Source: the human T2T-CHM13v2.0 reference genome, Homo sapiens. Taken from it: 64,000 nucleotides of DNA. The notes below the pieces were generated by a model that saw only the letters and a list, made by a program, of their open reading frames with translations, ran no database searches and was not told the DNA's origin. The stretch is from assembly GCF_009914755.1 (NCBI RefSeq), contig NC_060940.1; one strand, 5' to 3'. The position numbers and the translations under genes are program-made. Shown here piece after piece: positions 1-14,385 of the stretch (the stretch's first letter is position 1; every line of letters begins with the position of its first letter).

Positions 1-112
1 AAAATTCATTCTTGCAGCTGATTTTTTTTTTCTTTTTTTAGATGTAAGCAGGAAAAGAAGGTAATGTTTTGTGTTGGATGTTCACCGTTTCGGCACTCTC
101 TGAAGGAACTTT

Positions 113-454
<342 letters not shown>

Positions 455-1373
455 TAGGGGGCCAGAATTACTCTCCATGTTTTAGAACAGGAACCTGAGG
501 CCTAGGACAGGCCAGCTGGGTTGGGTTTCAGACCACTCTGGCCAGCCCCAGGCGCTGAGCACTTTATTTCACTTCGTCAGTTCTGCCAGTTTGTTCTGTA
601 TGTCTGAGTCCACACAGAGCTTAGGGAGGGGTTCTATATCTGTCTGTGTGAATTTCTGCTCTTAATTTCAAACTAGGGGACGTTTTGCCCTGCGCTTGGT
701 CTCTATTTTCTGTTTCTGAAAGCTTTGATTGCTGTGTGGCCGGCTCTGAAATTCACTAGGAGTTGGCAGTGATGGGAGGAAGCTAACTTCCTGGGTTTGG
801 ATGCTTCAGGAGAAGATGAGAGGGCGACTAGGCTGCATTCGATCACCCGGCATCCTAAGTGGGCTCTGATGGATGCTGTCTGTCAAGCAGTGCATTCTCA
901 GAACGCTCCCATCTGGGGGCCCTCGGTTATTGGCGTCTGTAATACGCTATCTGGGTTTCCTGGACAGTAGAATCATGCAGCAATTTATGTGTCATTTTTT
1001 TGTGGTTGAATAATCCACAGTGGGCAAATAAAAATTAATGTTTATATTTGGATGCTAATTCACCTTTCAATTAGGTTTTGTTTTGAGCGTTATTGAAATT
1101 AATCTGTGTTCCTTGAGCACATTTCCATTTATTGGCAAGGTACGGTGTTCCCCAGCATATAATTGGTGGTCGTTTGGGGTAAATTCAGATGGATAATCTA
1201 TATCAAGATAATGGAAAAGTTTATTTTGAAACTTTTTTTAAATTACAAAATGATATCTGAACATTATTTCAGACTCTGATAAGAGAAAAACACTTCAATC
1301 AAAATCCCGCCCTAAACAAATCAATTTTCTTCTGTCTTTTGTGCCTTTCTAGTCTGTTTGCATGTCTATACCC

Positions 1374-1664
1374 TTTTTTTTTTATTTTCTTTTTTGAGAC
1401 ATCTCACTCTGTCTCCTGGGCTAGAGTGCAGTGGCGCCATGTTGGCGCTCTGCCTCCTTGGCTCGAGCGATCCTTCTACCTCAGCCTCTGAAGTAGCTGG
1501 GACTACATGGGCATGCCACCATGCCCAGCTAATTTTTCTATTTTTTGTAGAGATGGGGTTTTGCCATGTTGCCCAGGCTGGTCTTCAAATCCTTGGCTCA
1601 AGTGATCCTCCCAGCTTGGTCTCCCAAATTGCTGGGATTACAGGTGTGAGCCATGTGCCTGGCC
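1374..1664 (-). mobile_element. Alu (AluJ-like)
   Basis: Poly-T followed by a diverged antisense Alu dimer ending in ggcc. Confidence 0.9.
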
Positions 1665-1729
1665 TTCCTCTTTAAAGAGCATTAAATGTAGAATTAAGTT
1701 TTAGCTCCTGGTGAAACACTGTTCTTTTA

Positions 1730-1910
1730 GGAAGAGTGTGAGCTTTGGAATTGGCAAGCCCCAGTAAGCCCCAATTCAAATTCTGACTCCAACTCAGTAG
1801 CTGTGTGACATTGGGCAAGTTATTTAACCTTTCTGCTCCTCTATTTTCTCAATGATAAAAATGGGACTGATAATTCCTATATATTATGGTTGTTATAAAG
1901 ACTGAGATAT
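1730..1910 (+). mobile_element. MIR
   Basis: MIR core gctgtgtgacattgggcaagttatttaacct...aaaatggg. Confidence 0.75.
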
Positions 1911-1945
1911 ACTAATATGAAGCATGAACCACAGTTGACACTAGC

Positions 1946-2086
1946 CTCATTCTGTCGCCCAGGCTGGATGGAGTGTAGTGGCACGATCTCGCTCACTGAA
2001 GCCTTGACCTCCCAGCCTCAAGCAATCCCTCCCACCTCAGCCCCGCAAAGTGCTGGGATTAGAGAGGTGAGCCACCACACCCGGCC
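1946..2086 (-). mobile_element. Alu monomer (FLAM-like)
   Basis: Single antisense Alu arm. Confidence 0.8.
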
Positions 2087-2359
2087 ATCTCTGACTTTTT
2101 AAAGGAAGAACTTTGTCCTCTGGGGCGAGCTGATCTTTGACTTATTGCTGATACTTACTAGGCTCCCTTTCTAATGAGAGCCAGAATTTGACAACACCCA
2201 CTACACCTGGCTTTTTCTTTCTGGTTATTTATGTTTAATATAATAGCAAGGCACGCTAGTGTTCCATTGCCTGTAGTGATAGTTTTGTTTAAAATGAACT
2301 TATTTGGGTTAAAATTAATAATAATATCAGTGGGCTGTAGCTAAGACACAGCTTGTGTG

Positions 2360-2555
2360 GCTGGTACGTGGTTTTGAATCCCGGCTCTGCCACCTCCTGG
2401 CTGTGTGACCTCGGGCAGATCCTTTTCTGTCTCTGTGCTTCAGTTTCTTCACCTGTAAAATGAGGATGACACAGTAATATCTCATGCAGTTGCTATAAAG
2501 TTCAAGTGAGATCATATAGTCAGAGCCTGAGAACAGCATCTGACACATAAGAAAG
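2360..2555 (+). mobile_element. MIR
   Basis: gaatcccggctctgccac...gctgtgtgacctcgggcag...cagtttcttcacctgtaaaatg. Confidence 0.8.
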
Positions 2556-2769
2556 TACCACAGAAGTGTTCATCAGAAGTTCTCCTTACACAAACAGCTA
2601 ATATTTGGGGAGTGTAGAGCTGCTGCTGGTAAAGTGCACCATTTCTGACTTAGGGCAGTAGACAGTAAATGGTAGCTGGCACTGTTGTTTTGATTATTTG
2701 ATGATGATGTTAATAATGGGCATAATAATAGATCTGGAGGTGGCATTTGTTTTGGAGATTAATTTCTCT

Positions 2770-3252
2770 TTATTAAAATATGTTTTTATTGTCTGTGTTC
2801 ATGGGGTAAAATGGCAGTGTTGCCACATTGATGTATTGCATTGTGGTGAAGTCAGGACCTTCATTGCATCCATCACTGGAGTAATGCGCACTGGACCCAC
2901 CAAACACCCTCCCATCATCCACCCCCTCCAAGTCCACCACCCCTCCCAGTCTCATTGTCCATCATCCCACACTCTGCTGCCATGTGCACATGTTATTTAG
3001 CTCCTGCTTATGAGAATATGCAGTAAGTGTCTGAGTTATTTCACTTAAGATAATCGTCCCCATGTTGCTGCAAAATACATGATTTCCTTCTTTTTTAGTG
3101 CTGAATACTATGCCATCGTGTGTATACATGTCATCTTCTTTATCTAGTCCTCTGTTGGTGGACACTTAGGCCGATTCCATGTCTTTGCTATTGTGAATAG
3201 TCCCGCAGTAAGCATGCGAGTGCAGCTATCTTATGATATAATGGTTTCTTTT
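2770..3252 (-). mobile_element. L1 3'-end fragment (old L1MA/L1PB-like)
   Basis: Antisense L1 3' UTR and ORF2-end motifs (catgttgctgcaaaa...gttggtggacacttagg...ttgctattgtgaatag). Confidence 0.75.
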
Positions 3253-3353
3253 GGAGATGAGTTTCTTAGGACAGAAACTTTTGGGCAACTTGATAGCATC
3301 CAGCAGGATTCTAGTGTTCAAATTCACCTGTTGCCTTCGTTGGACTTTCCTAG

Positions 3354-3585
3354 GCCAAGCCCAGCATTCGGTGCTTCATTAAACCCACCGAGACACTCGA
3401 GCGGTCCCTTGAGATGAACAAGCACAAGGGCAAGAGGCGGGTGCAAAAGAGACCCAACTACAAAAACGTTGGGGAAGAAGAAGATGAGGAGAAAGGGCCC
3501 ACCGAGGATGCCCAAGAAGACGCCGAGAAGGCTAAAGGTACAGAGGGTGGTTCAAAAGGCATCAAGACGAGTGGGGAGAGTGAAG
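3354..3585 (+). CDS. CLEC16A: CLEC16A coding exon (exon 11 by recall), 232 nt, phase 0->1
   Basis: Acceptor tttcctag|GCC; translates AKPSIRCFIKPTETLERSLEMNKHKGKRRVQKRPNYKNVGEEEDEEKGPTEDAQEDAEKAKGTEGGSKGIKTSGESE; donor GAAG|gtgagt. Confidence 0.96.
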
Positions 3586-4132
3586 GTGAGTGTCCCCATG
3601 AACGCCGCCCTGTGCCTGCGCCGCCAGCCAGCCCGCCAGCGAGGCTGCCACCTGTGCCCTCTCCACCCAGACTTCTGCTCCCCACAGTGTCCAGCCAGTG
3701 ATTCGATTCCTACCTCACACTGGCGTACCTCATTCTATACAGCCCTGCCACTCGGAGGCTGCTGTAGGTGTATGTCATATGCAGGTCCAGGGCAAGTCCC
3801 GCCCTCATGGGATGGGTGACCTGGGGCCAGTTTTCCTCACCTATTAAAGGAGGGTAACAAATAGTACCTACTTTGTAGTGTTCATACAAGAATTAAATGA
3901 GCGAATATGTGCAATGTGCTCCAAACAGTGCCTGGCCCATTCTAAATGCTGCAAAGGCTTCGATGCTGCAGAAGTGTTCGTCATTATTATGACAGTAGGA
4001 GCAGCATGGAATTATTATTATCTTTATCCTTATTACTGATATAATTATTCCCAATAACCTGGGGTTATGATTTGCATCCTGTGCACTGCGGGAAGAAAGA
4101 GGATTTGTGTTTAATGAAATGATATGCTTGTA

Positions 4133-4269
4133 GGCCGAGTGCAGTGGCTCACACCTTAATCCCAGCACTTTGGGAAGCCAAGGTGGGAGGATCACTTGAG
4201 CCCAGGAGCTTGAGACCAGCCTCACCAACATGACGAGATCCTGTCTCTACAAAAAAAAAAAAAAAAAAA
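4133..4269 (+). mobile_element. Alu monomer (FLAM-like) with A19 tail
   Basis: ggccgagtgcagtggctcacacc...gtctctac followed by poly-A. Confidence 0.85.
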
Positions 4270-6269
4270 GTGTTTAGTATTTTTAAAATACTGAAAAATC
4301 AAATATAATTCTCTCAATTCTTACGTTAAGGTTTTTTAAGTCCTGTCTGTTTAGAATGAGGTGCACTCGTGTGTAGTACGTATGTGCTCTGTAAGCAAAA
4401 TCATTCATTCCTCCTTTTGCCCTTTTTGGGAATTCTGGTCAATTTTTCACCTCCCTCTCGTTGAGATGCTAAAACCTTCTTGAATTGGAGATCATTTACT
4501 CTTGGGATTAAGCAGAATGGAACTGCCCTATTGCTTGTGTCATGGGCCAGGCTCACAGCCACACAGCTGGGGTCTCTGCCCGTCGTCCTGGGCACTGGGG
4601 CTGGGGGCAGCGGGAAGTGATGGGGAGCTTGATACTTGGTAGAAGTGGAGCTGGGGCTCTTCTCAGGAAGGTCTGGCCACACTTTCTGGAATGAACTTGG
4701 CATCTCCTCAGCAGTCTGGTTGCAGTCTCTGTGGGTGTGGGGAACACTTCCTGTGAGCCCTCCTCCTGGGCCTTGGGCTCACAGTGGCTGCTCTGAAACC
4801 ACCTCTCCACAGCCCTGTCAGCAAGGACTGCGTGAGCTTCCCAGTCCAGGGCATCTGAAGCTGTAACACAGAGCCACTCGTTCAGTGACTGGGAGCTCAT
4901 TTGCTTTTGGGAGTTGCCTGAGATTCTGCAGCCAAAGAATGCCTCCGCCACCACCTTGCTTGCTCCATCATGACTTTCTTGGCAGTTGTCAGTGAATACC
5001 ATGATCACATTTCAACAAGCGTAACCAAAATGTCTCTCTGGTGCCACCGAGACCTCTTTTTATGGTTGAGATCTCCAGCCTCCTCTTATTTCTGTTTAAA
5101 GTGTGCAATAGGTGTTTTGGTTTAGGAATTCATTTTTGGCCTGGGAAGCCTTTGCCAATAAATATCACTGTGGTGGGGAGGGGAAGGCCAAACCCAAGGT
5201 AAGCCATGCTAATTTGCTTATTGGGGTCATTCTGATTATTTTGTTGTTAATGCTGAAGAAAAATGTCTGCCTAATCCCTAGGTTTAGTTGTTCTGTTGCC
5301 ACACTGGGGGAGAAATGGACATCTTCACCTCATTTTGTGCATTGTGTTCTCATCGATTTTGTTTTGGAAAGATGCTACCTCTTTCATTCCAGTCCTTTTA
5401 AGGATGCTCTCTAACCAGGCCTCAGCTGTGACTAACAGTGGTGTGGATCAGACAGGCTTAGCCCCAAAATCACAATCAAATTAGTCAGCCAGCCAGCCCA
5501 GTCCTGGCACACAGGGGCTTCAGGCCAGTTCTGCAGGCTGCTGTTTCAGCTTGAACTGCTTGAATTAGAGTAGGGGCTCCTGGAAGCTGTGCCCAGCTGC
5601 CCTGGGCAGGGTACAAGGGAACGAATTTCTGCCACGTCCAAAAGCCTGTTTTCCAGGTGGTTACTTAGCCAGATCGTGCCACACAGGACCCAGGAATCTC
5701 CCCAGAGGCTTTGCTTGAACAGTTGGTGCTTCAGGGCTCAGTCACACATGGCTCTCAATGACCTGTGCAATTTTGATGCCCTCCTAATTTCTTGAGCACA
5801 TTAGTCATTTCAAAATATGATGGATCTGTCATTTTGTCACTCAGCTCACCATAAATACATACAACTTTCATAGACCGGTCCTGCCAGGCAACAGCACTTG
5901 TATTCTGGAGCTTTCTGAATTATATATTTGCTCTCTTGATTATTTGTAAATGTGAAGGTGCAGTTGGTGGGTGTTCTCTCCTTAGACGGTATCTGTGTTT
6001 GGATGAAACTGCACAGCTGTTAATTCCTGTGAGTCGGAAGGGTGTCAGGCACATTTCTTCATTCACATTGCATACCAGAGAACAGTGTAGATGCTGGGCA
6101 GTGCCTAGAAGATGCGAGATCTGACTCGCAGTCATGTCTCAGCATCTAGGTTTATTGTGTGTCTTGGATGGCCTCTTGAAGCTCTGGACCTCATTGTTCC
6201 TGTCTGGAAATTTCTGAATATAGAAAATATAATTCACATGATGACTTTTTTTTTTTTTAAGTGAAGATA

Positions 6270-6650
6270 CGTTGATATTTGCGATTGCAAGATTTAGAAA
6301 TCCAACTCAGACTGGCTTAAGCAAAGAGGGTGTTTATTGTTCATGTTCCTGGGAAGCTTGGACAGGGCTGGGCCCAGGTGCGCTCACATCGTCCCAGCTT
6401 GGCCAGCAAGTGGAGAGGGGGCTTCTCCTTCCCAGTGGCTGCCACTGAAGTCCTGGGGCCAATGCTTGTGGGTACTGTGGGCCTGACTTGGGTCCTCTTC
6501 CCACCCCCAGAGATATTCTGGACCGATTGGCCTGGCCCGCATGACAAATCTATGCTACAGTGGCTCCCTCAGTAAAAAATGAGATGCGTTTATCAGAAGC
6601 AAGGGGCAGGGATGCTGGGCCAGCAGAAATAGCAGATTTCCCCCTAGAAA
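6270..6650. mobile_element. Degenerate MLT1-type (ERVL-MaLR) LTR
   Basis: ttgcaag...agaaatccaactcagactggcttaagcaaa motif typical of old MLT1 LTR ends. Confidence 0.45.
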
Positions 6651-8044
6651 GTCACACTGTATTTCTGGGTACTCCCCTTCTCTCTCAAGGCCATCTTCTG
6701 CCATCCTATTTTGAGATAGACATGCGGCTCTTTTCTCTTCCACATTATTTCTTCTCTAGAAGCTCCTTTCATTGTCCCTAGATCCACGGACTTATCGACA
6801 GATGGACATGGTGACTCTTAAGGAAAGAGATGCTGACACTCTGCCTCTGCATACCCTGCCAATCCCATTTTAGTAGTGAAATTTTGACTTTAAAAGACGG
6901 GGAAAATACAGGAGTAAAAAAGGCATGTGGTCACGAGGCACAGTTTTGCCATGACCCAATTTGGATATGGCATTAGTGTGTATTGTTTTGTTGTTGTTGT
7001 TGTTATTTTTTATAAATGCAGCACCCAGAATTCACACCTCCTCCAGATTTAAGCTCAGACAAGGAAGTTGTGTGAAATGAATGTGCACCCCTAACCCATC
7101 CACTCCCTTCCCCAGTCTACAGAGGAATTTGCTCTGCCTCAGGTCCCAAGTAATGGGTGACTCATTCTGCAACCAAGAAATCACAGGGCCCCTAAATTTG
7201 CAGAAATTAAATACTAAAAAAAGAAGGATATCATCGTCCCTGTAGGCAAAGAAGCATTCACTCTGCCCAGGAAGGCAGACTTCCTAGGGTACGTGCTTGT
7301 TTTTTAGCTTGCCCTTGAGTCTGAAAGGACAGTTATCTCTTTTGGAATTTACTTAGAGCAGTAACTTAATAAGCATATCCTAGGGACTGAATCCTTCAAA
7401 CTCCTCATGTAAAAATAGGGCTGGACTACTGTTTTTTTGCCTATGGAAAAAGTAATTGCCCGGACTCACCTTCAAAGCCTACTCATTTGTTGAAATTCCA
7501 GCAAGGGCATGAAGTAAAGATGATAGGCCTTTGAACCTGCCAGGTTAGCTGGGTTTGAGAGGGTACCTGGGAGTTTAGAGACCCATCTTGCCTTTTTCTT
7601 TTTCTTTTGGAAGTCTCTACTGAAATGGGATGAAACCTGGCCTCATTTCCAGCTCCTCTTTCAAAATTAGAGCCAGCCCCAGGCCTGGCAGTGTCTTGGT
7701 TGGGGCAAGCCAGGGACTGACTATCGGAGAGTTGAGATCTGAATCCCAGCTCTGCCCCTGAACAGCTGTGTGGCTCTGGGCAAGTAATTGCCCTCTCTGC
7801 ACTTCTCCACCTATAGAGGGGACTTCCTAATGCCTGGGCCTCAGATTGTCATAAGTGAGAACATCAACACTGTAGCGTTCAGCATGTGACACAGGAGCTT
7901 TCTACGAACCCTGGCCAAGGTGGAGGGCAGAGTGAGGCGCTCGAACAGCAATTTGAGTGTGGTTGCATGACCTCCACTTGGGCACCAAGCACGTTTCTGT
8001 GGGACCCGTTTCTCTGTTAATTTCTACAGCTAGTAAGTGAGCTT

Positions 8045-8106
8045 AGTGAGTGTGCAGGTGAGTATGTGTGTGAGAGTGAGTGTGTTTGTATGTATGTGTG
8101 TGTGTA
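8045..8106. repeat. Imperfect (GT)n microsatellite
   Basis: gtgagtgtgcaggtgagtatgtgtgtgagagtgagtgtgtttgtatgtatgtgtgtgtgt. Confidence 0.7.
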
Positions 8107-8889
8107 ATGGTGGGAAGAGAGGGAGAAGAAGGATCAGCAGGCCCAGGCGCTGCAGTAGAGAGATGTTGTGGGGCTGTCAGGTTTTCAGATGGGCTTAACT
8201 GGGATAAGGAGGAGAATTAGAGGTGAATTAGGACAAAGCCTCTGAAGAGCAACTTCCCGAAAACAGTTCTCAACTCAATCTCCTGCTGGGCAGTAGAAGA
8301 TAATAAAAAAACAAAGGAAGGGCTGCCCCCAGTACTTAGAGCACTTAGCGCACACACTCTCGGTCGTTGTCAGGGGCTGTTTGCTTCTTGAAATTCTGCT
8401 AAAAAGCCAGCCAATTACATGCAGGCTGTCCCTTATATCCTAGGTAACCAGCCAGGCATCTTTCCCCTTAGCCTTCCTTTGAAGGTCTTATTCCCCTCTT
8501 GCCATCTTTTTTCAGTCTGTCCTTGCTGTGATCGCTGGAATATGGAACACAGAGGGCAACTGAGAAAATCCTTGAATTTGTGAAGTCAAAGACTATTGGG
8601 AGGCCATGCCTGCCATTTCCCTGAAAAGCACTTCATTTACCAAATACTAATCAGATTCGAATGGACATCAGCCCGGGCGAGTTGTTAAATTATTGCTGTA
8701 ATTTGAAAAATGAGTGTGTCAGAGTATCAGGGAAGCTCAAGAATCTGGCCAGAGCTGTCATTTAGAGAGGCAGAAGTGGACGTCCTTGGGTGCTGAGGGC
8801 CCTCAGGACTCTCCTGGCCCACACCAGTGCCTCCCCACATAGGCACTAGTTGGACAACAAGTGGAAAGATGTGGCCTTCCCTGCTCCCT

Positions 8890-9712
<823 letters not shown>

Positions 9713-10151
9713 TTTTGTAGAATTGATAGAGGCTGCAGAGGGTCTGGGTGGTACTGGCCAAAGCAAAATGAGTTGGAGATTTGAGTTCCTGCTCCCAGCT
9801 TTGCAGCCTCATGAGCTGTGGGATGGTAATCACATTACTCAGCTCCTAGAGGCGGGAAACTTCAGTTGTGTGATGGCGCCGTACCACCTACAAGGCTAGG
9901 CGCTGGAGTGTTGGACATGACGGGCCATGCTGCCTGGCATGGGAACTGATACTGTGCAGGCACTCATTTCCACAACTTAAGGGGGCAGTGCAAAGAAAAG
10001 AGCCCACAGTAGCCTGGGGCAGAGACTAATGCCTTGGTACTTCAGTTTCCCCTGCCTTAACATGCAGAGTTGAGGGTACATAAGTATTTCTACCACTGCA
10101 GAATATAGAGATGGTTTTAGATGGTACAGGGAGAGCCTTAAAGAATATGGT

Positions 10152-10442
10152 GGCCAGGCGCAGTGGCTCACACCTGTAATCCCAGCACTTCGGGAGGCCA
10201 ACACAAGAGGATCACCTGAGCCCAGAAGTTCAAGACCAGCCAGGCAACATAGGGAGACCCCTGTCTGTACAAAAAATAAAAAACTAGCCAGTCACAGCGG
10301 TGTGTGCCTGTAGTCCCAGCTACTCTGGAGGCTGAGGTGGAAGGATCCCTTGAGCCCAGGAGGTTGAAGCTACAGTGAACTGTGATCGTGCCACACACTC
10401 CAGCCGGGGTGACAGAGTGAGACCTTGTTTCTTAAAAAAAAA
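10152..10442 (+). mobile_element. AluJ-like element
   Basis: J-type gaggatcacctgagcccagaagttc; TSD aagaa(t/g)atggt. Confidence 0.9.
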
Positions 10443-10689
10443 GAAGATGGTGCAAGAGCTCTAATTCTAAATGATTATCTCCATGGCAGGGGATAGGGTG
10501 GGTGGGGGAGCCTGCATATTTGCTGTGACAGGTATTTAGTACTTGAATACCTCTTTCATAAACATGAATCTCCCTTTCATCTCCCTTTCTCAATGCACAC
10601 AACAGGCCCTAGCACCTTTTTGTTTATTCATCATGTATATTTTTGTAGTTGCTTTCTATTTATACTGGTTTTATGCTTATGGTAATTTT

Positions 10690-12290
10690 CCCAAACTTTT
10701 TATTTGAAAATAATTTCAAATTTACAAAAGGTGCAAAGCCAAAAATAGTATAAAGAACACCTGTTTACCCTTTACCCAGTTTACCCCTGTAACATTTCAT
10801 ACCATTTACTTTCCTATTGTATTTTCTCTGTCTGCACACCCGCCCCACACACCCCACGCACATTCATCGTGCCCCTTTCCTCCTGAAGCATCATGAGCAT
10901 TTGCTAAGATTAAGGTGTTCTCATTCATGAGCACAGCACAGCTGTCAAATTCATAGTATTCTCCTGCTGTGTTCTTGTTGTATTGGCCTAATAATGTCTT
11001 TCTAGCATATTCTCTCCTCCAGTGCAAGGTCCAATCCAGAGGCGGGTGGTGCCTTCCGTTGTCACGCCTCCAGCCTCCTTTACTCCGGAACATTTCCACG
11101 ATCTCTTTCTCTTTTGCGACATTGACTTTTTTTTGAGGAATACAGAACCTCCTCCTTTTTTTGTTCTAATAAAACGTCCTTCATTTTGTCTTTGTGTGAT
11201 GTGTCCTTGTGATTAGACTGAGATTATGCGTTCTTGGCTGGAACACGGCATGGGTGATGTCATGCACTTCTCAGGGTGTCACATCTGGAGGCACATGATG
11301 TCCTTCTGTCCCTCTTGGGTGATGTTCGTTTTGGTCACATGACTAAGGTGTTGCCCAGTTTCTGTATTGTGTAATGACCTTCCTTTTCTTCCCAACTAAT
11401 AAGCAGTCCACAGGGAGACACTTTGGGATCATACAGATATTCAGCCCCTTGTTAAAATTCCCCCTTAGATTTGACATTTGTTGATGATTCTTGCCTGGTT
11501 CAGTCACTATCGTAATGGGCAGGAAAAGATGATTTTCCACGTTCAACATTCTCTCTGTGTTTAAAAGTCAGCCCTTGGCATTCTGTTGTAAGCAAGACCT
11601 TTCCCTTCTTCTCATTTATTTATTTATCTCTTATTGGTGTGGACTCATGGATTCCAATTTTCTAATGGTTTATAGTGCATTACTGTATTTAATTATTTTG
11701 GTGCTTAAATTGTCCCAGAGTTGGCCTGCAGGAACCCTTTCAAGCTGGCTGTCATGTGCTTGCCTGGTGATTTTTTGAGCAGTCACTTACACTTTCTGGC
11801 ATAACATGGTGTTCTGTGTTCATCTAGTACCTCCTCTGCCTGTCCTTGGAATTAACCATTTCTCTGGCTCCTGTCCATGGGCAGGGGTATTAGAGGCCAA
11901 GATTTGGGCACTGGATGTGCTCATCGCTACTGAGGTATCTTTGCAGTTTGGCCCTTTCAGTGGAGAAAGCTAGGAAATCTATGTATGTACATATACAAAG
12001 TGTACATTTATATGTGCCTACATATACATACATATAAGCATGCGTACACACACGTATTTTAGAAATCATATGTTCATACCAGTACCCCCAATTCCAGTGA
12101 ATTTACAGGTTTTTTTTTTCTTGTCCTCTCCCATCTTAGATTTGTATGTTTCTTCTTGTACACTGAGAGCCCTGACTCCTAACAACGTCTACTCACTGAT
12201 TTGCCCAATCTTATAATGCACCTAAAAGCTTCAGAATTGCTTCACTTAGAGTTGTTTATTGCTTAAAAAACAGTTCAGGATGTTTTTGCA
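10690..12290 (-). mobile_element. Old L1 (L1MC-like) 3' region
   Basis: Starts with tttatttgaaaataatttcaaatttacaaaa, typical of antisense L1MC 3' ends, followed by a long diverged T-rich tract. Confidence 0.6.
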
Positions 12291-12357
12291 ATTTTCCCTC
12301 CCCCATGCCCACCCCAATACTTTACTTATCCCCATATAGAGGATATATAGCTGAGCA

Positions 12358-13532
<1,175 letters not shown>

Positions 13533-13626
13533 TATTGTGTTTATAAGCTACTTGGATTAATCTGAGCATCCTTCCTTTCCCCATTCAGAGTGGATTTGGT
13601 ATTCATTTAAAATAAATTTGGATTCA

Positions 13627-14385
<759 letters not shown>

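Noticed and set aside
4553-5008. 151-aa minus-strand ORF, and similar 140-147 aa ORFs at 34034-34477 and 51027-51461
   Set aside because: No recognisable homology or exon structure. The lengths are within chance expectation for 64 kb when alternative starts are allowed.
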